36,952 bases of DNA, from positions 51,552 through 88,503 of the forward strand of contig CAJINV010000006.1 of assembly GCA_905178155.1 (NCBI GenBank), written 5' to 3'. Each line of letters starts with the position of its first letter. Position 1 is the stretch's first letter. Below are positions 9,365-17,204 of the stretch, piece by piece. Origin of the DNA: Amoebophrya sp. A120. Its lineage: Eukaryota; Protista; Dinoflagellata. The notes beneath the pieces are model-generated. The model was not told the origin of the DNA and did not search any database. It worked only from the letters and a program-made list of their open reading frames with translations. The translations under genes were made by a program, and so were the position numbers.

Positions 9365-12300
9365 TCACTCCGCAACCCACAGGCCTTCCTGGTTGCGGTA
9401 GAAGGCTTGGCCCGCAACGTCTTTGATTTCTCGCCCCGTGTTTTCGCAGAAATCTTCTCCCGTCACCGTAAAGCGAATTTCTTGGTCGCTTTCTAGTTGC
9501 CAGTGTTCTCCCCCGTTGGCGCTCGGCACTCTGCCCCAGCGCCTGCCGCTGATCTTTTGAATGAAGGCCGCCTTGGCCTGTTCGGCTTCTTGTCTCTGCT
9601 GCTCTATGCGTGCGCGCTGCTCCCTGCTTCTGGTGTTCATTTTCTCTGTGGCCTGTCTTGGCTGTCTCCTTTGTCGGCCCGTTTGCACTGTTCGTTTTTT
9701 CCTTATTAGCTCCTTCAGCGTGATTGCATCTGGCGGGGCACGGAAAAACTCGCCTTGTTCTATGCCATAGTGTGCGAAATCTTGCACCACGAGCTTGCCC
9801 CACTCCGACTTTATGCGAATTTCGTTCCGGATCCACAGCGCGGAATTCTCTGTGCGGTCGCGGGCGGCATGGGCAACCCAAGCCACCCTCTTCTCCCTCA
9901 CCGCCGTCTCGATGTCGAGCACACCGAGCCCCCTGCACATTTCCAGCCTGCTAGCATGCTCGTCCTCCTCTTCTTCGCTTTGCCCGTCCGCGTCCTGTTG
10001 CTGCTGCTCCCTTTGCCACTGCCTTTTTACCCCAAGGACTGTTTTTAGTGCCTGCAGCTGGAACTTGCGTAGGGCCTTCCAGTCACACTCCCGTGGCGCC
10101 CAACATTCACTATTGTATAACGCGACGGAGCTGCACAACGACGTGAACAGCTCCGCCTTCAGTCCCATCGGCGTTTCTTTGTCTGCCCAAATATTGCGAA
10201 GCTGCTGCACAGTGGCGCGCGCTATTCCTGTTCTCCGGTCTGTTTCCTTGCTTGTTGCGCTGCTGCACTGTACCTGCGTCCCTAGGTATCGGAATACCCC
10301 GACCGTCTTGACCGGCTTGCCGTCGTAGGTCTGCAACCCTGCGGGCACTACTGCTGCCGCCCGCTGTGTCTTGGCCTTTTGTTCTAGATACCGCCCGACC
10401 CTCAGCACCTTCAGCTCTTCTTTGCTCATCCCTGGCCGACAGTATCCCGTCGCCATGTGGTATCTCAGTGCTTTTTCGTCAGGAAGGACGTCTTCGCACC
10501 GTGGGCAGCGGTGGGTGTTTTTGCTTTCCAGGACGTGGCGCACGCGCCCGAGGCGCGATATGCGTACCACCTCCCGCCCGTCCAGGTGCGCCCAGCTTGT
10601 GCGTTTTAGCCAGCAGAGGCTGTGCTTCCCATCGTCCCACGCGATGAGGTGGGTCACCTTCTCCATGGGCATGCTTTGGGCCGTTTTCTTTTTTGCTGCT
10701 GCGGCATATTCTGGAATTAGGTCGACCCCGTCCCATTCAATTGCCCAGCCTTCGCGCCCGTCTGCGTCCCCTTCGTTGACCACGACCCGCTCCTTTCTCG
10801 CGTCTTCGTTTTGCTTTTTCGCTGGCAGTAGGCCGATGGTCATGGCCTCGGTCTTCTTGGCGTTGAGCTCCAACCCCACGAAGCGGCACGCCGCCTGCAG
10901 CTGGATTAACGCCCGCTGGGCCTCTTCTTTGCTGTCGGACCTGATCACGAGATCGTCCACGAATCCCAGCCAAGACACAAAGGCATGGTCTATTTTGCTG
11001 CGCACCCAGTCCCCCTGCTCCTGCATTGCATCCTCAAACGCCAGAAGCGCGAAGCCGAGGACCAACACAAAGATCAAGGGCGACAAGGAGCTTCCTTGTC
11101 GTATTCCGCACCTCTGGCGCGTTTTGCTGCTTCGCTTCCCCGGTGCTATCTTCAGGCTGTAGCTGGCCCCCTGGTAGAGTCTGCGGACCAAGTCCGCGAG
11201 GTCTGGCGGGAAGCCCTGCCACTTCAGTATCTCGGTCATTTTCTCCCAATTTAGTGAGTCGTAGGCCTTCTGGAAGTCTATAAAGTCGTAGATGCGTTCG
11301 TCGCCACTTTTTATCGCGTGCTCCATGTCCCTGAGTAGTTTAAAAACCGCATGTCTGCACGAAAGTCCCCGAACAGAGCCCTTCTGCCTCTTGTCCACCG
11401 CTGCGTATGCGCTGTCCCGCACCCGGTTTAGTACTATCAGGGACAGGAGTTTCTCGCCGACATGGAGCAGCGCCACTGGTCTATAATTGCACGGAATCCG
11501 CGGCCCGGATTTGTGCAATAGAGCTATTTCTGCTTCCAACCAGCTCTCTGGCACTTCGCCCCCTTCAAAGATCTTCTTCACCACCGCCCGGAGTATCCGC
11601 CGCGCGGCCTCCGAGTGGGTGAAGAATTCGGCCGGGAAGTCCCCGGCGTGGCTTTTTCCTTTTTTCAGCTCCTTAACTGCTTGGTCGATCTCTCCATCTG
11701 TGGGGCAACCCGTCCGGGTCGCGCTCCATGTCGGTCGTGGCTCCTGCTGTAGTAGCGCTTCGCATCTCTTCCAGGCTGCGGTCTCTCGTAGTCGTTTGTC
11801 TGCGGCGGGTCTCGGGGTGCCTAGTATCTGTTTCCAAAATTCGACATGAGGCTTCTCGCCCCCGGGCAGGCCGTTCTGCCCTTGTTTCCTTGCCCTCCCC
11901 GCCAGCTGTCGGACCGTTTCGTATACGGCCTTCGAGTTTCCCGCTGAGTCCGCCCGCTGAAGTTCTTCTATTTTCCCCCGGAGCCACTGCTGTTTGTCCT
12001 CTGTGATCTCCATCTTGATCCGTCTTCGCAGCCGTGCGTCGGCTTGCTTGTCCTTCTTCTCCTTCGCTCTGTTTTTTCTCCGTTTTTCAATCGTCTTCCA
12101 GGTCCGGTCTGAAATCCAGGGCTTCCTCCTCGCCTCAGGCTTGTTCCGCTTCCATTCCTCCTCCATGTCCTGAAGCAGCGGCTGCATCACTTCGTTGAAA
12201 CGCTGCCAAACGTCGATGGCAGTGGTGTTTTCGCCTTCCATGCGAAGAAATTCTTCTTCTGGCAGTTTGTCTAGCAGCTGTTGGTCCACCTCAAGCGCGC

Positions 12301-13276
12301 GGTGCTTGTTTCGCAGCAGTTGTTTCCCCACCCTCTCCTTGGTTTTTGGCACCCGGATCGCCTGGCCCTGTATCCGCATCAGCACCAGGCGGTGGTCGGA
12401 TTCTGTGTACAGATCCCCCGCCACCTCGAAGGCCCTGCAGAGGCCCCGGTCTCTGTACCTCACAAAAAGATGGTCATACTCCCGCCGCTTTCTGCCATGT
12501 GGAAACTTGCCCTCGAAGGTGTATCGCTTTCGAAATTGCTTCCGGTAGAGGCTTGATACTGATGTTAGCTGATTGCTGGTCGCCATTTCCAGTGCCCTTC
12601 TGCCGTTGTCTGAAGGAAGAAAAAAATCTTCCGTCAGCCCGCATTTGCCTACCACGAATGGCAGGCCGCTGTCAACCAGCTCATGCTGCGGCGAGCAGAG
12701 CTCGCAATTGAAGTCCCCGCCGAGCACCAAAATGTCGTATGGTGGCACCTGGTCGAGTTCTTTCTGCAATTCGTGGTAGAAGCGTAGTTTTGCTGCCGCG
12801 GGCGACACCTCGGTCGGCGCGTACGCCGACACGAAGTGCGCCTTTTTTCCTAGTTTGCTCTTTACCGCAACCCGCACGACCCGACTATTGCTCTTCTCCG
12901 TCATTTCCACCACCTCCAGCGTATTGTGGACCAGCACCATCGTGCCGTATACTGTTGGCCCGCTCCCATTTGCTGCTTCTGCGCCCCCCCCGTACGCCTG
13001 ATACTCTTCCCAGGCTTCGCCAGTTAGCCACTCTCTGCATCTTGTTTCCTGCAATAGCATTACTTTCGCCTGCCTTTCCCGCGCGTCTTGTAGTACTGCT
13101 TGTTTTTGTAGTGATGGTCCCTGCACGTCGTCCCGGCCTAGTGTTAAGACGTTCAGCGTCCCGACATTGTAATTATGGATTGATTCTGCAGTTAATCGCT
13201 CACGGGGGGGTTGCTCCCCCCCGGTTCCGGATGAACGACGCCCGGCTCGGCATGCCGCCTTACCAGGGAGCCGCAT
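9365..13276 (-). CDS. ORF2: apurinic-like endonuclease plus reverse transcriptase, 1303 aa
   Basis: EN motifs GTLNV, LQETR, SAYAPT, GGDFN, YDHLF, SDHRLV. RT motifs NYRPVALL, FIDFQKAYDSL, GIRQGSSLSP, FVDD, LELNAKKT, FRYLG. C-terminal AWVAHAAR resembles the RTE W.GH..R motif. Confidence 0.97.
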   Translation of the reverse strand: MRLPGKAACRAGRRSSGTGGEQPPRERLTAESIHNYNVGTLNVLTLGRDDVQGPSLQKQAVLQDARERQAKVMLLQETRCREWLTGEAWEEYQAYGGGAEAANGSGPTVYGTMVLVHNTLEVVEMTEKSNSRVVRVAVKSKLGKKAHFVSAYAPTEVSPAAAKLRFYHELQKELDQVPPYDILVLGGDFNCELCSPQHELVDSGLPFVVGKCGLTEDFFLPSDNGRRALEMATSNQLTSVSSLYRKQFRKRYTFEGKFPHGRKRREYDHLFVRYRDRGLCRAFEVAGDLYTESDHRLVLMRIQGQAIRVPKTKERVGKQLLRNKHRALEVDQQLLDKLPEEEFLRMEGENTTAIDVWQRFNEVMQPLLQDMEEEWKRNKPEARRKPWISDRTWKTIEKRRKNRAKEKKDKQADARLRRRIKMEITEDKQQWLRGKIEELQRADSAGNSKAVYETVRQLAGRARKQGQNGLPGGEKPHVEFWKQILGTPRPAADKRLRETAAWKRCEALLQQEPRPTWSATRTGCPTDGEIDQAVKELKKGKSHAGDFPAEFFTHSEAARRILRAVVKKIFEGGEVPESWLEAEIALLHKSGPRIPCNYRPVALLHVGEKLLSLIVLNRVRDSAYAAVDKRQKGSVRGLSCRHAVFKLLRDMEHAIKSGDERIYDFIDFQKAYDSLNWEKMTEILKWQGFPPDLADLVRRLYQGASYSLKIAPGKRSSKTRQRCGIRQGSSLSPLIFVLVLGFALLAFEDAMQEQGDWVRSKIDHAFVSWLGFVDDLVIRSDSKEEAQRALIQLQAACRFVGLELNAKKTEAMTIGLLPAKKQNEDARKERVVVNEGDADGREGWAIEWDGVDLIPEYAAAAKKKTAQSMPMEKVTHLIAWDDGKHSLCWLKRTSWAHLDGREVVRISRLGRVRHVLESKNTHRCPRCEDVLPDEKALRYHMATGYCRPGMSKEELKVLRVGRYLEQKAKTQRAAAVVPAGLQTYDGKPVKTVGVFRYLGTQVQCSSATSKETDRRTGIARATVQQLRNIWADKETPMGLKAELFTSLCSSVALYNSECWAPRECDWKALRKFQLQALKTVLGVKRQWQREQQQQDADGQSEEEEDEHASRLEMCRGLGVLDIETAVREKRVAWVAHAARDRTENSALWIRNEIRIKSEWGKLVVQDFAHYGIEQGEFFRAPPDAITLKELIRKKRTVQTGRQRRQPRQATEKMNTRSREQRARIEQQRQEAEQAKAAFIQKISGRRWGRVPSANGGEHWQLESDQEIRFTVTGEDFCENTGREIKDVAGQAFYRNQEGLWVAE

Positions 13277-13940
13277 GGTTCCGGTGCTTGAGCCGTTGCT
13301 TGCCTTGAGCCGGTAAAAACTCCGCTCTTTCTTCTTCGTATTGCGACTCCGGTTGTCTTCTCTCCGAAGTCGTTATTTGTGTTCGAAATGCCCTCAGTGC
13401 AGCTCTCGGCGGGCTTTCCGATAGCTCCCAAAGTGAACGCCTACTTCCCTCCGGCTGTTCACACTCTCGTGACGCTCACTAGCCTTCGCCCTTCTTGGTT
13501 CCTACGAACACATCATACAATGGCGCCGGCTCTGAGATCAGAGATAGAAAAAGAAAAGCACAACAAATGCTATTCTTTGACTTGTCGCTCCTCAATCGTA
13601 CAGAATAGTGCAGGTTATCACAGGGTTGCAATTATTGGAATTTGCTATCTTCTTTCGCCGTTCTATCGCGTTCTGGATTGGTTCGCTCTGGTGCAGGTGC
13701 TTCTTCAAGGATTTCTTTCTTCGTTCTTCTCGTAATAAATGCAGTGTCGTCTGTCCCGCGCGTGCTGGGACTGTTTCTGCACTCTGGGTGCAGTTCACAT
13801 CCCGCAGTCAGAAATAGACTGCTTCAGCTTCTCGAGAGTCAAATATTATCTTGCTTGCACGTGCTAATTAGTATCTTCTACACCATTTCATCTGAATAAG
13901 CGTCGACATCAACATCTTTCATCACCACCACCTCCTCCTC

Positions 13941-15420
13941 TCAAGCCCCTGCGGGCTTGTTCCGGCGCGATCGGGGTTGACTCACCGGTGGTCGCTCGCG
14001 GGTCCTCCCCCGCTGTCTCTCGTCCCGCCGGGAGCGCGACCGATCGTTCTTCTTGTTTTTCTCTTCCTCCTCCTCCTTCTTTCGCTGCGTTGCACTGCGG
14101 ATAATGTCGGGTCGGACCGACTTATCACGCTTTTTCAAATCGGCGGGCGCAGCAGCAGATGATGAAGACGCAGCGGTGGATGTGGCAGCGGCGGGCGGCT
14201 TGTCGGCCCCCTTTCCGCCTTTCTTGTTTTCCGGTGCCGCGGCCGTCTTGTCCTTCTCCAGCCCCTTGGCGGATTTCATGGACTGGGTGGCCTTGGCCTC
14301 CTTCTTCCCTTTTTCGTTTTCCGCTGTCGCCTTCTCTACGTCTTTATTGTGTGCGTTCTCCGTTCTCCTCTTGAATTCGTTGGCCCCCTTGGTCGTCCGC
14401 GGCACGTTCGGCTTTATCCAGCAGTCAAGGATAAATCTCATCGTTGGATTTCGCGCCGGGTTTTTCACCAAGGATAACAGGCCCATGCTCTCCAGGGAGT
14501 CCGACAAAAAGATATCGCAGTAGCCGGTGCGCGAGTTGACGTTTATCCAGTGAAGGTACTCCGGCACCATCGCATCCAAAACGTCGCACACCTGCCTCAC
14601 CAGGTTGGCGCACTCCTTTTCATCTTCTTTGTCGTATGCGAAGTCTTCCTCCTTCACCTCTTTCCCCTGGCCGTCTTCGCGTGGTACCAAATTGCGGCAT
14701 GGCTCTCCTTGCAAAACTCGCTCCTCCAGCAGCCGGTTTTGGATTTTCTTCACCACGTATTTTTTCCACTCCTTCACCAGCTCCTGTGGCGACGCCGCCA
14801 GCAGGTCCATGGTCGGGCTCAGGTTCTTAGGTTTCATGTCGTGTCCGAGGACGGAGGAGCTGAAGGTTGACGCTTGCAGGATGGAGTCCTCGTCCTCCTC
14901 CTGATCCTCGTCTTCCTTCTTGCGGCGTTTGCTGTTCTTCGTGTTCGCTGCGGCGGCGCCTGCAGCGGGGTATGCGACGATGGAGCTGGAGTTCTTGTTT
15001 GCGGACATCGTGATGCCGGCCCCGGTGCTGTTCCGCTCCCCCCTGCGTGGGGTTGCTCCTTTCTCCTTCTCCTTCATCTTGTCCTTGCTTTTTTCGTCTT
15101 CGCCGGCAATGTCTTCCATTTGCTCACTGTCCAGTTCGCTGCTGCTGTTGTCGCTCGACGAAGAGTCTTCGTCCAGAGATTTTCCGCTCTGAACTCGTTC
15201 CCGCCAGTCCGCCATTGTCAGGATTTCCATGCCTTGCATGGAGACTGTTTTCATCGATATCAAGTCGGCGATTTGCTTTTTTTGTTTTTGTTGTTCCTTG
15301 TTCCGACCCTTCGCAGCATTTGCTTTGCCCTTGCCCTTGGTCTTCGTTGCCGCCTCGTCCCCGGTGTCCAGCTGCGCCGGGGTCTTCGATTTATTCGCCT
15401 TTGATTTCGGCACGCCCATG
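13941..15420 (-). CDS. Probable ORF1 of the retrotransposon (basic, low complexity, possible central RRM-like domain)
   Basis: About 493 aa from ATG 15420 (MGVPKSK), on the same strand upstream of ORF2, free of introners unlike the host genes. NSRTGYCDIFL is weakly RNP1-like. Could instead be an intronless host gene. Confidence 0.6.
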
Positions 15421-15548
15421 TTGTGACTTTTTGTTTCTAAAATCAAAATATAAATTCCACGGCAACATAGCAAGAATATAGGAGAAAGTTGTCCTGTTCG
15501 TGCTGACCTCTCAACAATAAGTTAATTGAAAAGCCCCCTCGAAGAAGC

Positions 15549-15870
15549 TATTGCACGAGATCCAGGTCTATCAAATGTAAAAATGTCTGGGTCTGGAAGA
15601 ATGCAAGGTTGTCATGCTTGTCTGGCATGACTCTTAAATCTGTCATGCACATTACCCAAGAGCCCCACTTTTCTGTCATGCAGAAACGTAGCTTGTCATG
15701 CAGAATAGGCAACACCTAGAAGCTCAGAAACTTGCCATGCTGAGCCAGCAATTGTCGCCTCCTCATGATACGCCACACAGCATCACAAGTTTCCAGACCC
15801 AGACATTTTTACATTTGATAAGGTCCTCGTGGTCCAGCCGGATCCACCGCGCAGCTGTTGTTCCTAACAG
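15549..15870 (-). pseudogene. Duplicated exon fragment of 16835-17187 with different introner content
   Basis: TATTGCACGAGATCCAGGTC...CTCGTGGTCCAGCCGGATCCACCGCGCAGCTGTTGTTCCTAACAG is shared with 16835-17187. Confidence 0.8.
15569..15820. mobile_element. Introner family A
   Basis: Perfect 30-bp TIR TATCAAATGTAAAAATGTCTGGGTCTGGAA; TSD AGGTC. Confidence 0.95.
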
Positions 15871-16007
15871 TTTGTAATGCTAAAGACGAATGAATCGGCA
15901 AGGAGCTGAGGGAAATTTCTCATGCTGTTACGCCGTACAAGCAGCAAGTTTGCAATGCAAGTATCAGCAACACAAGTTTCCAGACCCAGACATTTTTGCA
16001 GATGATA
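15871..16007. mobile_element. Introner family A, right half only
   Basis: Ends TTCCAGACCCAGACATTTTTGCAGATGATA; no left TIR. Confidence 0.8.
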
Positions 16008-16450
16008 AGCATGGAGCTCCACTTGCTCGCCTCCGGAGCAGCGCGGGAGAAACGAGGACGAAAACCAGCGCGAGGAAATATCAAAGGGAAAAATGCCCCC
16101 CACCCCTGAAATTGCAACAATTTGTGATGCGAAGTTTCCAGATGAAAGCTTTTTGTCATGCATGAAAGGAGTAAGAATCTTTCTGATGCAGATAATTCTA
16201 GTCGTGTTTCGCATCGCTTGCATGACAAGCACCGCTCTTGCTGGGATCTTTTGCAATACAAATTTTTGCTATTCACGATCGGAAATCTGTGATGCTGATA
16301 CACGCAAGAGGGCGAATGTTTCATTTGGAAAGATTTGCAATACAAATGCTTTCAAGTTCGGGGGTGGGGGCATTTTTCATTGTAATAGGAAAGCGACGAG
16401 ATAACGTACTTGTATATTTGTTGTTTACACCGATGGCAGATTGCACAAAA
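16008..16450 (-). pseudogene. Paralogous copy of the hydrolase start codon and upstream region (~1646-1772)
   Basis: AGCATGGAGCTCCACTTGCTC...GCACAAAA aligns to ~1646-1772 once 16079-16392 is removed. Confidence 0.7.
16079..16387. mobile_element. Introner family D
   Basis: TATCAAAGGGAAAAATGCCCCCCACCCC...GGGGTGGGGGCATTTTTCATTGTAATA; TSD GGAAA; empty site at ~1711-1715. Confidence 0.9.
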
Positions 16451-16505
16451 CATTTGATATAGCAGACGCAGCGTCCGAGAACGCTAGTTAGTAGGCTAGG
16501 GTAAG

Positions 16506-16828
16506 TATTGAGAGGAAAAATCCCCCCTCCCCATATCGAAAAGGCATGCTTCCGAATATTTGTCTTGCTGATTTGAGACCACAAATCACGTATGTCTTGC
16601 AAGAAGACAAATGCAGAGGCTTCCGCGCCATTATGGAAGCGCTTTGGCATGCTGTTGGGCTTAGAGGACAGCCGTTTGTAATGCTAAGCAGCTAGACCCA
16701 AATGTCCCTCCCTAGGCTGCGGATCTGGCTGCGATGCCGTATTGCAAGACAGCCCGCCTTTGTGTACACAAATCCTGCATCACAGATTTCCCATTTGATA
16801 TTGGGTGGGGGCTTTTTTCATTTTGATA
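16506..16828. mobile_element. Introner family B, flanks do not match (possible recombinant)
   Basis: Both TIRs present; flanks GTAAG/GTTTG. Confidence 0.85.
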
Positions 16829-16883
16829 GTTTGGTATTGCACGAGATCCAGGTCGTCCTCGTGGTCCAGCCGGATCCACCGCG

Positions 16884-17163
16884 TATCCTGCGTAAAAACG
16901 TACCCACACCATAGTTGTCATGCAACTCTGCATGCTTAAAATGTTTCTCATGCGGAGCCCCATGAGAAGCATTTTCTAATGCGGTTTTGAAATTTGTCAT
17001 GCTCCAATCAGCGCGAGATACTAGATCTGTAATGCTGCTAAACTAGCTCAAACAGCACTACACTACGCGGACAAACTTGTCATGCCAAACAACCAAAGCT
17101 GGCTGATTTGTCTAGCAGATTCCCCATCCTGACTCTGGTGTGGGTACGTTTTTACTCAGGATA
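16884..17163. mobile_element. Introner family C
   Basis: TIR TATCCTG[C/A]GTAAAAACGTACCCACACCA; TSD CCGCG; near-identical inverted copy at 26594-26873. Confidence 0.95.
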
Positions 17164-17204
17164 CCGCGCAGCTGTTGTTCCTAACAGCCACTTTTCCTGG
17201 CCCA

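Larger units (their letters stand above)
9262..15480 (-). mobile_element. Non-LTR retrotransposon (APE-type, RTE-like), boundaries approximate
   Basis: Contains an intact EN-RT ORF and an upstream ORF1 candidate. A short (GAT)n tract on the minus strand at ~9262-9276, ~90 bp after the stop, is a possible tail. No TSD found. Confidence 0.7.

Noticed and set aside
9497-13308. Plus-strand ORFs overlapping ORF2 (and 3762-4805 over the copia fragment)
   Set aside because: Antisense shadows of GC-rich coding sequence with no motifs.
13190-13310. HDV-like ribozyme at the LINE ORF2 5' region
   Set aside because: Only a G7/C7 hairpin is evident; I could not build the nested pseudoknot.
9231-15517. 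TCTCAACAA as the LINE target-site duplication
   Set aside because: Only 9 bp, and not adjacent to the putative tail.
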